Virus record (IMG/VR): IMGVR_UViG_3300006213_001191
Span: 2,099-66,098 of that record
DNA length: 64,000 nt
Source: a virus
Taxonomy: Duplodnaviria; Caudoviricetes
Strand: one strand, 5' to 3'
In this document: positions 39,219 to 49,268 of the stretch, one piece after another
Position numbering within the stretch: position 1 is the first letter of the stretch
Layout of the letters: each line of letters begins with the position of its first letter
Notes under the pieces: generated by a model
The model's database searches: none
What the model was told of the DNA's origin: nothing
Seen by the model: only the letters and a program-made list of their open reading frames with translations
Made by a program: the position numbers and the translations under genes

Positions 39219-40746
39219 TTCCCTCGTTTGCAGATATGTCTGATACTGCTGGCAAATTTGATTTCGGTTTATTGTCTGCTGGTGTAAGTTCTGATTCTGT
39301 TTTATCAAAAATAATACCTCCTATCTCTAGCCCCTTTTTTCTTGCATATTTTATAACAGCGATTGTTTCATCTATCTGCTCTTTCCAATCTTTTCCGTTT
39401 TCCGCCGCTATCTGCTGATATGTTTTTTGTCCTGTTTGCAAGGCGATTTTTGTAGCGTTCGCTTCCTTCACAGGGTCAATCCACGGTTTCGGCGACGCTA
39501 CCCATTCATGTTTGAGATATTTTGTTTTATTTTCCCAAAATCCGGGAATAGGAAACAATCCACAGAGAACCCCTGAAATAATAAAAGTTTCATATACCTC
39601 ATCCATAATAACCTCTTTTAAAAGTTCTATGTCTTCTATGTAAGTCTGCCCGTCTTCAATAATTTCCTGTCTGGCGCTGCTGTAATTGCTCTGGCTCATA
39701 TCCCTGCTGGTTGCTTCATAGCTTAGTCCCTGTCCGGCTCCTATAAGCCGCTGTTGTAATTTGATATAACTTGCGGCATCGGTTGCCTGTCCAGTTGGAT
39801 TCACCACTTGAATTTCGTCTCCAGCATTTAGTTCTTTAATCATGCCGGGACTTATCCTTTTTCCTTCATAATCTTCCCGCGGTCCATCAGTAATATTTAC
39901 TCTTCCAAAACCTCCTGTTGTTGGAATAACTTTTTTAATGAAAACAGCAAGGCACGCAGCTATACGTTCTTTTACACTGACTGCAGTCATAAATTCGTTT
40001 GCGTCCCTTACTCTTGTAATAGTATGCGCTAAATCGCTCATTTCCCGTATCTGTGAAGGTCTATCTTTGGAAAAATAATAAATAATATCTTTGGAGGGAA
40101 CATATACGGAATCCATTTGCCCAAAGCCGTCTATGTTATATTGCAAAATCCAATACCCAACAGGCTTATTATAACTATTAAACTCAATCCCTCCAATAAC
40201 CCGACAGTCTGAATTATGCGGCGCCACTCTTCCAGTATCTAACTCGTCAACCTCCAGAGCCTGCAATTTAAAGGGCAGCAACCCGCCGCTGGTATAACAC
40301 TTCTTAAAAAGGATTCCACCGTCTACTTTTTTTCGACGCTCCGCCATTCTAAGCATCTGATTGAAACTTTGCGTTTCTGTAATATCGCAGTTTTTCCGTT
40401 TACACCATTCTTTCCATACTTCCTGTATTTGTTTATTAAGTGCCTCATTGTCTGTTCTAGCCCGAAGCGTCCAGCCATGCCCTACTACATTTCGGCGGTA
40501 TGCCCCTATCACAGAATTTGCCATATCGCTGTTTCGTTCAAGGTCGCGTGCCCTTGCTCTTATTACATCCCGGCTGTATCTGTCCGTCTGCTCTGCACTT
40601 TGGTTGTAAGCTATCCATCCAGCATTTAAACGGTCATAATTTCCTGCATCATAATTGCGTTGTTCATCTAAATACTGTCTCCACGCTTCCCGTTTGGCTG
40701 CGGCTGACGGGGAAATAAAACCAATAATATTATCTAACCAATTCAT
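39154..40746 (-). CDS. Portal protein, lambda family
   Basis: RARARDLERNSD, VDGGIL, GQGLSYEATSRDMSQSNYSSAR, WIDPVKE. Confidence 0.95.
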   Translation of the reverse strand: MNWLDNIIGFISPSAAAKREAWRQYLDEQRNYDAGNYDRLNAGWIAYNQSAEQTDRYSRDVIRARARDLERNSDMANSVIGAYRRNVVGHGWTLRARTDNEALNKQIQEVWKEWCKRKNCDITETQSFNQMLRMAERRKKVDGGILFKKCYTSGGLLPFKLQALEVDELDTGRVAPHNSDCRVIGGIEFNSYNKPVGYWILQYNIDGFGQMDSVYVPSKDIIYYFSKDRPSQIREMSDLAHTITRVRDANEFMTAVSVKERIAACLAVFIKKVIPTTGGFGRVNITDGPREDYEGKRISPGMIKELNAGDEIQVVNPTGQATDAASYIKLQQRLIGAGQGLSYEATSRDMSQSNYSSARQEIIEDGQTYIEDIELLKEVIMDEVYETFIISGVLCGLFPIPGFWENKTKYLKHEWVASPKPWIDPVKEANATKIALQTGQKTYQQIAAENGKDWKEQIDETIAVIKYARKKGLEIGGIIFDKTESELTPADNKPKSNLPAVSDISANEGNESAEQPDSGRQNKQKPDKSI

Positions 40747-40755
40747 TTTTCCTCC

Positions 40756-40974
40756 CTAGCGCCCATCAAAAATAGATACAAAACAATCATCCAGAAGTCC
40801 CTGCGTACCTTTGGCAACTTGCGCCATTAAATCATTTTTAATATCATAAAGGGTTTTCAAATCTGCCCTAGTCAATTTCCGCGAACCAATCTGATATGCC
40901 TGCCCGCCTATTGCGATTTGATAAATTGCTACATTTATCTGCTCAAGAAGCTCCTCTTGTGTCATATTTTCCAC
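40756..40974 (-). CDS. Head-tail joining protein (lambda gpW-like)
   Basis: GGQAYQIGSRKLTRADL between terminase and portal. Confidence 0.8.
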   Translation of the reverse strand: MENMTQEELLEQINVAIYQIAIGGQAYQIGSRKLTRADLKTLYDIKNDLMAQVAKGTQGLLDDCFVSIFDGR

Positions 40975-40989
40975 ACTATTTTCTCCTTC

Positions 40990-42894
40990 CTACAACCAAT
41001 TTTCATTTTGATTAATCCAGTCCTCTTCTGGCGTATATTGTTCCCTCTTTTCTGTCGGCGTTTCTGGTGTATTCTGCAAATAAAGCCCCCGCAGACCAAG
41101 TGTATCTGCTGCCGCCATAGCGTAACATTCACAATCTAAATAATGATTTTGTGCATGGCTGTGTTTTGGAACCCATTCTAACCTTATTTTTCCATTTCCA
41201 GATTTTATGTTAATTTTGTGCTCTGATGTAACCTGCTCTGCATATTCTAAATCACAACCCTTGTACACCATCCAACTTCCGCGCCCATTCTCCTTGTGAA
41301 GCCGTCCTGCAATCATATCCTTATATTTTCCTCCGTCTACCATAACAAGATTCATACCATATGCTTTTGAATAATCTTTATTTACAGTGCTGATTAAAAA
41401 ATGGCTTTTCATATGATTGCTGGAACCCTTGCATGGAAGCGCCCAGTCTGAATTATATGCGCAAAAATCATATACGCTGTCCGCATCATATCCTGAATCA
41501 ATCAGGCAGAGACTGACAACCATAGGATTTCTGTCTTCAGTCATATATTGCAAATTCATTATATTTTCAATTTCTTTAAAATCATACGCCTGCCCATGTG
41601 CAATATTCTGGCTTGTAATAAAATCCCCCCACGCCCGTATTGTCCAATACAAACAATTCTGCTGCACATCAACGCCGCCCGTAAGGAGTTTCGCCCAAGC
41701 CGGAACAATAAATTCCGTGAGTTCTGTCTGTCTTTCTAATACAAGTTCCGCGCTGGTTTTCAGTTTTGTATCTTCCCACGGTTCCGCAAGCCATGAATTT
41801 ACAAAATTTTGCAATTTCTCTGGGTCGCTTTTGCTTTCCATAAACTCCTTTGCAATCTCTGAAAAACGGACAAATGGACTGTAAAGCGTATTAATCCAGA
41901 AACAGACCTTTTTCACAAAACGTGTCTGCTTTCGTACAACTTCCCAACGGCCTTTTTTGATTGCTGTTTGTTTCTGCGCATCACTGATAACGCATCCGCA
42001 CTCCTGACATACATAAAAAGCAAACTCTGCGCGGTCGGCATTGCTTAAATTTTCATCTGCAATTTCTAATGAATCCATTTTCTCTTTTATAGCTTCTTTC
42101 CCATATGCTTCCACTAAATCCTTATCTTTTCCCGGCCATTTTAAGTTATCAAATCTCAATTCTATAAATTCGTTGCAGTGAGGGCAAGGAATAAAATAAT
42201 GCTTTTCTGCATCTGCTCCTTCCTTTGCTTTCCAAATATGATTTGTCCTTATAGTTGGAGTGCTGGTAATATATATTTTGCTGTTCCGAAAAGTTTTTGT
42301 ACGTTCTTTTGCTAAGCTGATTGGGTCTGCTTCTTTTTTGCTGGCTCCCGGATATTTATCTACTTCATCAAGGAAAAGATATTTCATAGCAAAAGAAGCA
42401 AGCCCCGATGGGCTGTTACTCCATACAAGTTTTATAAACATATCATCAAAATCAAGCTCAAGATTGCCGCTGTTGCGGTCATACTTTTTATACAATGTCG
42501 GCGTACTTTCAATCATTGGCTTTATACGCTTTTCTGATATACTATTTGCAAGAGTTTCTGTCGGATATACTATTTCGACTGGAGCAGGGTCTTGCTGTGC
42601 TGCATATCCCAACATATTTAGTTCTACTTCAGTTCCTCCTACTTGTGTACATTTACAAAATATAATTTCTTCTGTTTCATAGTTCAAAAATTCATCCATA
42701 ATATCTACAAGATATGGAGTCCGTTTATTACTCCAAGGCCCCGGCTCTGCGCTGGTCTTACTATCAAGGATTCGATATGTTTCTGCCCATTCGGAAACCT
42801 TCATATCTTCTGGGGGATTCAGGTATTCAAGTGCTGCTTTCTGATATGGTTTACAGGTATATTTGCGCAGCCGAAGCTGTTTAGGTTTTTGCAT
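40990..42894 (-). CDS. Terminase large subunit, GpA family
   Basis: SEWAETYR, KCTQVGGTE, LFLDEVD, STPT, PCPHC, NHYLDC. Confidence 0.96.
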   Translation of the reverse strand: MQKPKQLRLRKYTCKPYQKAALEYLNPPEDMKVSEWAETYRILDSKTSAEPGPWSNKRTPYLVDIMDEFLNYETEEIIFCKCTQVGGTEVELNMLGYAAQQDPAPVEIVYPTETLANSISEKRIKPMIESTPTLYKKYDRNSGNLELDFDDMFIKLVWSNSPSGLASFAMKYLFLDEVDKYPGASKKEADPISLAKERTKTFRNSKIYITSTPTIRTNHIWKAKEGADAEKHYFIPCPHCNEFIELRFDNLKWPGKDKDLVEAYGKEAIKEKMDSLEIADENLSNADRAEFAFYVCQECGCVISDAQKQTAIKKGRWEVVRKQTRFVKKVCFWINTLYSPFVRFSEIAKEFMESKSDPEKLQNFVNSWLAEPWEDTKLKTSAELVLERQTELTEFIVPAWAKLLTGGVDVQQNCLYWTIRAWGDFITSQNIAHGQAYDFKEIENIMNLQYMTEDRNPMVVSLCLIDSGYDADSVYDFCAYNSDWALPCKGSSNHMKSHFLISTVNKDYSKAYGMNLVMVDGGKYKDMIAGRLHKENGRGSWMVYKGCDLEYAEQVTSEHKINIKSGNGKIRLEWVPKHSHAQNHYLDCECYAMAAADTLGLRGLYLQNTPETPTEKREQYTPEEDWINQNENWL

Positions 42895-43465
42895 TTTTTC
42901 TCCTTGACTTTTCTTTCCCCTGTTCTTCTTGAATACATCCTGAAACTACAAAAGCGTGAAGCATACGTTTTACTTCCGCACCCATTTCTTTTTCGATGCG
43001 TCTGGCTTCTAATGGCTCTAAGCTGTCACTTATCATACTGACAAGTCTTGATGGCATACTTAAAGCAAAACGCTTGAAAACAGCAAAAAATTTTTGATAG
43101 TCCATAGATACTTCATTCGTATCTATATATTTTCCTGCCATAATATCACATCTCATTCTGTGCAGTTCTTCTTGTGCCTCTTTCAAGGCAATTTCTACCT
43201 CCAGCTTTTGCTGCTTTAATTCAGATTCCCTTTCAGATTTTCCTTTGCCATATGCTTTATTGGATAAATATTGAATATATGTTTTAATAGTCGATACAAG
43301 TTCATAGCGTCTGCCTTCTCCCGGAATCTCCGTTGTTTTAATAATGCCTTCCTGAGTAAGCTGCTGAACCCGCCGAACTGTAACACCAAAAATCTGTGCT
43401 ATAACCTCTGTTCGAACAAATTGAACATTAACATTTTTTTCAATTTCCGTTTTATCTTTTTCCAT
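42881..43465 (-). CDS. Terminase small subunit (Nu1-like)
   Basis: IAQIFGVTVRRVQQLTQEG HTH; start placed at ATG 43465 after RBS AGGAG. Confidence 0.88.
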   Translation of the reverse strand: MEKDKTEIEKNVNVQFVRTEVIAQIFGVTVRRVQQLTQEGIIKTTEIPGEGRRYELVSTIKTYIQYLSNKAYGKGKSERESELKQQKLEVEIALKEAQEELHRMRCDIMAGKYIDTNEVSMDYQKFFAVFKRFALSMPSRLVSMISDSLEPLEARRIEKEMGAEVKRMLHAFVVSGCIQEEQGKEKSRRKNAKT

Positions 43466-43607
43466 ATTACAATTACTCCTCTTTATATATCTTCTGTTCA
43501 AACAAGAAGACCTATATTTCGTTACACAAAAACAGGAAGAAATATATTTCTTCCTGTTTTTGCGTAACGAAATGCAAAATTTTATCTCTATTTCAGCGCC
43601 AAAAAAG

Positions 43608-43654
43608 CTGCGCATTCCACGCCCCGCATAGGGTATACCGGTCTGGAAGTACCT
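43608..43654 (-). other. Lambda-like cos site (cosQ/cosN-like)
   Basis: Minus strand AGGTACT-N22-GGGGCG, the same spacing as lambda GGGTCCT-N22-GGGGCG, upstream of the small terminase. Confidence 0.65.
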
Positions 43655-44134
43655 TTTCACCTGCGTATAGGTGTAACTACTAGATAAAGAAGCTGTCCTG
43701 ACTGCCTTTAGCTGTACTATCTTCGTTTGCCATTGTCTCAGTTATCTGGACACTTGACATGCTATGCCCACAATATCTGTTCATACTACCTTTATCTGCT
43801 CTGCCTTGAACTATACTGCTGCCAGTTATGTTATCTGCTCTATCTGCCTTGCTCCTTCCTGCTGTTCACTTATGCCTTGCGTATATACATAGATAATCCA
43901 GTCATAGATTAGTACTCTGTTATATAGGGTATAGCATAAGCAACATGTTTTATAGCATGGTTTGCTATATAGGTATATGGCATAATATAAGCCCTTATAT
44001 TGACTATATAATATAGCATATAAGAGCTTATAAATAATAGGGGAATTTTTTGCGTTGTCATATGGGGTACATATTTTTATGAGATATGCTAAGAACACTC
44101 ATGACTTCCATGAGAAGTTCAATTCCACATTACT

Positions 44135-44170
44135 ATAATACCACAGTTTAGAGTGCAAAAGAGTGCAAAC
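44135..44170 (-). promoter_or_regulatory. Putative late promoter
   Basis: Tandem TTGCACTCT repeats followed by extended -10 TG-G-TATTAT, pointing to the terminase. Confidence 0.55.
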
Positions 44171-44379
44171 TTTAAAAAACTTTTTAAACCCTTATATTTA
44201 CTGATTTTCTCTGTCTATATTTTAATAAGTTTGCTGTTGCTTTTAGAGCCTAAACTAAAAAAATTAATCTTTTGCTGTGAAACAAAAAAATCCCCCTATA
44301 ATTTCCTGAAAATTTTTTCTGAAAATTATAGGGAGATAGTTTGAGATATTAATATTCCCATAAGAAATATCAAAATCTG

Positions 44380-44766
44380 TTATACCATTCCAAGTTTTTC
44401 TTGCAATGCTTCTTGTAGCACTCTTGAAAAATTTATCCCTCTTTTTTCTGCTTCCACATTCAAATAATTTGGAATCGTGCAATTTTTCTTTACCATCTTA
44501 TTATCCGTTTTTCTTCTATATTCTGATAAATCCACATCAACTAAAGTTCTGATTGCCCCTTCTTCTACTTCATAAGCTTCTGTATCTGCTTGTGGAATTT
44601 CCCTGCCTTTGTCCTCAAGATAAATTCCCATTTGTCCGATTGCGTCTCTTGCCATAAAAATAGCTTCTGCTAAATCCTTTCCCTCTGTATGTGTTTTCAT
44701 ATCAGGAATATCTACAACATATCCCTCTTCATCCGGAATCAAATAGACTGGATACACAACTACCAT
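44380..44766 (-). CDS. hicB: HicB antitoxin
   Basis: VYPV..YVVDIPD..TEGKDLAEAIFMARDA..VKKNCTIP..INFSRVLQEAL. Confidence 0.93.
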   Translation of the reverse strand: MVVVYPVYLIPDEEGYVVDIPDMKTHTEGKDLAEAIFMARDAIGQMGIYLEDKGREIPQADTEAYEVEEGAIRTLVDVDLSEYRRKTDNKMVKKNCTIPNYLNVEAEKRGINFSRVLQEALQEKLGMV

Positions 44767-44821
44767 TGTGAATACCTCCTCTTATATATATTTTATGGAT
44801 TATGGCTTAGAGGCCGGGGAT

Positions 44822-44995
44822 TTATTCAATCCCCGCATCCTTTAAAATTCTTCTTGCAAGATTTTCTTTTATTTCCCTATGTCTTGGAATCTGTACTTCG
44901 ACCATACCATTTATGTATATGTCATGGTTGCCGCCATGACGTTCCAGCCAAAATCCTGCTTTCTTTAATTTTTTAACCAAATCCGCTTGCTTCAT
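44822..44995 (-). CDS. hicA: HicA toxin, 57 aa (missed by ORF track)
   Basis: MKQADLVKKLKKAGFWLERHGGNHDIYINGMVEVQIPRHREIKENLARRILKDAGIE. Confidence 0.93.
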   Translation of the reverse strand: MKQADLVKKLKKAGFWLERHGGNHDIYINGMVEVQIPRHREIKENLARRILKDAGIE

Positions 44996-45026
44996 TTAAT
45001 ATTTTCCTTTCGTATTTGATAATATT

Positions 45027-45055
45027 ATTATACGCCCTTAATACGTATTTGTCAA
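45027..45055 (-). promoter_or_regulatory. Consensus sigma70 promoter of hicAB with operator palindrome
   Basis: TTGACA-N17-TATAAT; AATACGTATT palindrome in the spacer. Confidence 0.85.
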
Positions 45056-45062
45056 GAGGTTT

Positions 45063-45572
45063 TTAAAATCTTTTCATCTTGTCAATTTTATATTTCTCCA
45101 AAATAACTTGTACTTTTTTAAAGGATAAAATTTTTTCCAAAGCTTTACTTTGATAATCAAAACAAGCTCTTCGACTTAAATGTATTTCATGCTCAATATT
45201 TTCCCAATTTTTGCAGTCAATAAATCGAAGTTCCAGAATCATCCTCTCTGTACTATTTTCCTCTAAAAAATCCATAATATCCATTACTTTCAGAAGAGCC
45301 TTTTCTACTTTATCTTTCTGTTTTTCTATACGAGTTTCAATTTCGCTAAGCCGATAAACAAAAGAAGCTGCCCCGGTTCCTACTGTATTTGTACCGCCAT
45401 AATTAACAGGAGAATATTTATATCCGCCTATGGGCATATTCATTTCCTCATGAATACTTTTAAGCCGCCTTTCAAGTTGTACTCTTTTCATCCTGCAAGT
45501 ATAATATTGGTTCAAATATTCTTTTAATAACTCTTTTTCCTCATTCTTTATATCTTTCTGATTCATTGGCAC
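45063..45572 (-). CDS. RinA/ArpU-like late transcription activator
   Basis: LKEYLNQY..RMILELRFIDCKNWENI..HLSRRAC, at the end of the early operon. Confidence 0.75.
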   Translation of the reverse strand: MPMNQKDIKNEEKELLKEYLNQYYTCRMKRVQLERRLKSIHEEMNMPIGGYKYSPVNYGGTNTVGTGAASFVYRLSEIETRIEKQKDKVEKALLKVMDIMDFLEENSTERMILELRFIDCKNWENIEHEIHLSRRACFDYQSKALEKILSFKKVQVILEKYKIDKMKRF

Positions 45573-45837
45573 CCTCCTTTATTTGCCCGGATTTGTCCAA
45601 ATCTGCTGCCAAAAAATAAGCTCTTCCATTATAAACTTTAAGCCCATACAGTTTTCGCTCCTTTTTATCCCAATCTGAAATTGAGATACCCCTTTTCCAT
45701 AAAATACCAAGATTATTGTTAATTCCAGCTATCAATGTGGCAATTGGTAAATTTTCAAGTATTTCTTGTTTTTGCTGACTTAAATTTAATTCTTTGGTTT
45801 TTCTTTGTTGTATAGCTCTTTGCTGTTTTCTGTTCAT
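45541..45837 (-). CDS. Hypothetical protein
   Basis: Coupled early-operon ORF. Confidence 0.7.
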   Translation of the reverse strand: MNRKQQRAIQQRKTKELNLSQQKQEILENLPIATLIAGINNNLGILWKRGISISDWDKKERKLYGLKVYNGRAYFLAADLDKSGQIKEGANESERYKE

Positions 45838-45861
45838 CTCATTATCCCAATTCTCTTATTA

Positions 45862-46071
45862 CTATTTTACTTTTCTTTCAACATCACAATTATCAGGATT
45901 ATATTTATCATAGATTGGTTCCAGTTTCTGCAACATTTCCATAGTTGCTCCAGCTATAGCCATCTTGTCTTGAACTTCAAGATTATTTTGATTGACCTTT
46001 TTCATCCATACACTAATCTGATTCATTTTTTTCTCTGTCATTTTATCAATCCTCCAAATAATTTTTTCCAA
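45862..46071 (-). CDS. Hypothetical protein
   Basis: Short ORF in operon; start uncertain. Confidence 0.55.
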   Translation of the reverse strand: MEKIIWRIDKMTEKKMNQISVWMKKVNQNNLEVQDKMAIAGATMEMLQKLEPIYDKYNPDNCDVERKVK

Positions 46072-46330
46072 ATTCCATTATAAATTCTTTTCTGCTATGT
46101 TGTTTTTCATAATGCTGCTGCCCAATACGTTTCAGTCGATTATCCAATTCTGGATTAAAATGCACCCCTGATATAGTATCTCTGTGATGCATGTAACAAA
46201 GATATACTTTTAATCCATGCTTTTCTGAAAGCTTTCTGTTTGCAGTGCCATGAAATATATGGTGTTCTTCCACATATCCATAGGCATCACAGATATAACA
46301 ATTCTTTTGTGTTTGTATGATACTCTTCAA
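46046..46330 (-). CDS. HNH-like zinc-binding phage protein
   Basis: CYIC..EEHHIF..LC..HH..GVH. Confidence 0.7.
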   Translation of the reverse strand: MKSIIQTQKNCYICDAYGYVEEHHIFHGTANRKLSEKHGLKVYLCYMHHRDTISGVHFNPELDNRLKRIGQQHYEKQHSRKEFIMEFGKNYLED

Positions 46331-46665
46331 ATGTTTTCCTCCTTCTAAAACATAGCATTTTTAACTTTTGTTAGGGAAGCCTTTAACTTAAATAATCCCC
46401 CCTATATAATGTACTAAATAAATCTTTTGGCATTTCATTCCATTTAATCCCTTTCACTCCCTATACCCCTAGTTTTTAATATACAAGTCTGTTCGTTCTG
46501 TATCCTACCATTTCCTTTCTTGCTTTATAAATTTTTTGTAAATTTTTTTGATAAATATTACTTTTTAGATATATTGTGATATAATCAAATTATTAATAGG
46601 TAATACAATATTTACAAAGTTTTGCAATTACCTAAAATTATAAAAAACAAGGAGGTGTACATATA

Positions 46666-46812
46666 ATGTCAAATTTCATTGAAATTTTGAATATATTATG
46701 TTCTTTGGCACAAAATATTTTTTCATTGTTCAAACTTTTTTTTACAATGCCAATATTGCCATTCACAATAATAGTTATATTAACGAATATTATGAAAAGA
46801 AAATCCTTTTAA
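46666..46812 (+). CDS. 48-aa hydrophobic peptide with basic C-terminus (type I toxin-like moron)
   Basis: MSNFIEILNILCSLAQNIFSLFKLFFTMPILPFTIIVILTNIMKRKSF; RBS AAGGAGGT; upstream TG-A-TATAAT. Confidence 0.6.
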   Translation: MSNFIEILNILCSLAQNIFSLFKLFFTMPILPFTIIVILTNIMKRKSF

Positions 46813-46879
46813 TAATACCTTGAGTTATCTAAGATATGACAACATATTAAATTTTAACATTCAATAAATTCAGGATTTT

Positions 46880-47104
46880 CTAATACCAAATAGGAGCATA
46901 GGTGGATAAATGGCAAGTACCACCAAATGGTAGCTTTACTGATTCCTTTTGCTCTGCTTTTTTAACCTTACAGCACTTTTCACAATAATAAACATCTATT
47001 CTATGAAAATGTGCTGTATAGGTTCCTGAATCATTCTCAAGTTTTCTTTTCTTCTGTGTTTCCTGAAATACCCATTTATGTTTACAGTTATCCATGTCTG
47101 TCAC
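46880..47104 (-). CDS. Small Cys-containing hypothetical protein
   Basis: CKHKW..YYCEKC. Confidence 0.7.
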   Translation of the reverse strand: MTDMDNCKHKWVFQETQKKRKLENDSGTYTAHFHRIDVYYCEKCCKVKKAEQKESVKLPFGGTCHLSTYAPIWY

Positions 47105-47125
47105 TCCTCCAAAATTTTCTTATGT

Positions 47126-47398
47126 CTATTTCATTATAATCTTAGGACAATTTTTATATGTTTCTTTGGTATAATGTTCACACCCTCCTTCAAATTCCTT
47201 GCATGAAGTCCTTTTAAGACATTCAAAACAACAATTCTTTATTCCGCACTTTGTTTCCTGATAAACCCTGCATCCTGCTTTACTACTTATGTTTGGATAA
47301 GCCGGCCTTGCATAGACTTTCTGTGCTTTTTCTGATAGAACCTCTTTATTTAAAATTACTGTACTATCCAATCCATTCATTCTTTGTTCTGCTCCCAT
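47126..47398 (-). CDS. Cys-rich hypothetical protein
   Basis: CCFECLKRTSC..C..C. Confidence 0.7.
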   Translation of the reverse strand: MGAEQRMNGLDSTVILNKEVLSEKAQKVYARPAYPNISSKAGCRVYQETKCGIKNCCFECLKRTSCKEFEGGCEHYTKETYKNCPKIIMK

Positions 47399-47434
47399 CT
47401 CACTTTATCCCTCCTTCTGTTCTCATATCTTCCT

Positions 47435-48007
47435 TTATTCTAGATACCAGTCTGGCAGTTCTATCCCTTCCATTTTTTTTAAAATCTCTTTTTCCTTGTC
47501 ATCTTCTGTTGTGTATACTGCAAAAATACAATCATCATCATACCAGATAAGTAATCCACCATCTTCTCTTTTTCCAAATGGTCCCTTTAAATCCGCTGTA
47601 AACTTTACCGCCGCTGCTGCACTCTCTGATATGGCGTAATTTTCTCTGTTTTCTGTTTGGACAATTCTTCTCATATGCCCATGCCTTTCATACAGCATAT
47701 TTGTAATTGTATAATTATGTATTGTCTTCTCTGGTGCAAGATACTTTTCCCAGTATTCATCATTGTCAACAGCTGGCACAAATTCTCTCTCAGGTCCATA
47801 TTCTTTCCGTTCTCCCTGCTCTGGCAACTCTCCAGTTAGTTCAATAATCGCTCCTTTGATTTTATTAGACAATTTCTTTTTATCTGCCTTTATAACCCAG
47901 TCTCCGCTATAAATAACATAATCTGAATCTAAGTTCACAACAAAGAGTATACTTTTTTTATATGCCTGCTTAATCAGTTTTTTTACTGCTGCTTCCTTCA
48001 AAAACAT
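47435..48007 (-). CDS. Hypothetical phage protein
   Basis: MFLKEAAVKKLIKQAYK..AIIELTGELP. Confidence 0.75.
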   Translation of the reverse strand: MFLKEAAVKKLIKQAYKKSILFVVNLDSDYVIYSGDWVIKADKKKLSNKIKGAIIELTGELPEQGERKEYGPEREFVPAVDNDEYWEKYLAPEKTIHNYTITNMLYERHGHMRRIVQTENRENYAISESAAAAVKFTADLKGPFGKREDGGLLIWYDDDCIFAVYTTEDDKEKEILKKMEGIELPDWYLE

Positions 48008-48008
48008 T

Positions 48009-49259
48009 CTAATCCTCCTTCATAAATACAATTTCTGCATTATACCCATTTGCTATCTTTGTACTAATTTTATTCTCTATTTGCCACATAATTTCATCAA
48101 TGCATTCTCCGTTTATCAGTTCAATGTTATCATCATAAAATCTTACTTTACCGGCTATATTGCGAATACAAAATTTCAAGCTGCTATCCTCCGGCTTTTC
48201 TTCTGGAACCTGATAATCTCCATTCTCGTCAAAGTACTCTTCTATCTCTGCCTGTCCTTCTATCTGTTCTGAATCATTATCAGTCTTTTCCAAACCGTTG
48301 TTTTTTTCTGCCTGCTCTGGGCTTTCAGTACCTTCTTTTACCCTCTGCCCTTCTTTCTGAAAATCTATATTTTCTTTGTTTTTTCTTGCGACGTCGCAAG
48401 TTTCCAAATCCTCCGATTTTGTTATTTTTTCTTGGGCTTGTTCCGCTTTCTCTTGTTCCACATTTTCTTGTGTTTCTTTGGCTCTGTAAAAATTCTCCCA
48501 TATTTTCCCCGGCACTGTATAGGTGGCCCAGAATATATCCGCTATTAATTTTATAAATTCCGGCCAAGTATAGGTTTTATTCGGTTTCCCAAAAGTCTTT
48601 AACGCTACGCCTTCCGGATAGGAATAGAAAAAAAGCATATGCAGACCTTTTTTAAACGTCAGGTTGCCAGACGGGTTTATCATCTCCGCAATCTCCTCAA
48701 AGTTTTCAAGTTTATAAATATTATTTAGAAGCTCCTTTTTATCACGAAAAAATTCTACTATTACAAACTTAATTCCTGTTTCTTGCGACGTCGCAAGTCC
48801 GTCAATTTTTTTTGTGTCTTCGGCCTCTGTTACCACATCCGCCTCAACTCTCTCCCCTTTATTAAATCTTTTTACTTCCCTGATAGTTGCCACAGTGGTA
48901 GTTTCTTTTATCAGCCGGCAGTCCTCATCCGACAGAGTAAGCATTTCTGACAGCTTCCCGCTGCCAAAGTTTTTAAACTCCGGCAGCAATTCGGGACTGT
49001 TTCCGCCTACGCTGAACTTTGTATTAACCGCCATAAAACGCGATGCTGCAGACTCACTTAGTCCATACTCGGTTTTCGCAAATTCCGCCAGTGTCTGATA
49101 ACCGTCGTTTCTGTACGCCCCGCTTTCTTTTATCTGCTTTAAACGATAGCCGATACGGATAAAACTTCCCGCCATATTCAGCAGTTCTTCTTTTATCTCC
49201 TGTTTAGCTGTTAAATACTCGTCAAATGTAATCTGATGATATTCTGTAAGATCTTCCAT
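48009..49259 (-). CDS. DUF3102-like early phage protein
   Basis: FIRIGYRLKQIKE..EFAKTEYGLSESAASRFM..KLSEML. Confidence 0.7.
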   Translation of the reverse strand: MEDLTEYHQITFDEYLTAKQEIKEELLNMAGSFIRIGYRLKQIKESGAYRNDGYQTLAEFAKTEYGLSESAASRFMAVNTKFSVGGNSPELLPEFKNFGSGKLSEMLTLSDEDCRLIKETTTVATIREVKRFNKGERVEADVVTEAEDTKKIDGLATSQETGIKFVIVEFFRDKKELLNNIYKLENFEEIAEMINPSGNLTFKKGLHMLFFYSYPEGVALKTFGKPNKTYTWPEFIKLIADIFWATYTVPGKIWENFYRAKETQENVEQEKAEQAQEKITKSEDLETCDVARKNKENIDFQKEGQRVKEGTESPEQAEKNNGLEKTDNDSEQIEGQAEIEEYFDENGDYQVPEEKPEDSSLKFCIRNIAGKVRFYDDNIELINGECIDEIMWQIENKISTKIANGYNAEIVFMKED

Positions 49260-49268
49260 TTTTTCCTC

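Noticed and set aside
42881-43660. 259-aa long form of the small terminase
   Set aside because: The extension runs through the cos-like site and lacks an RBS; ATG 43465 has one
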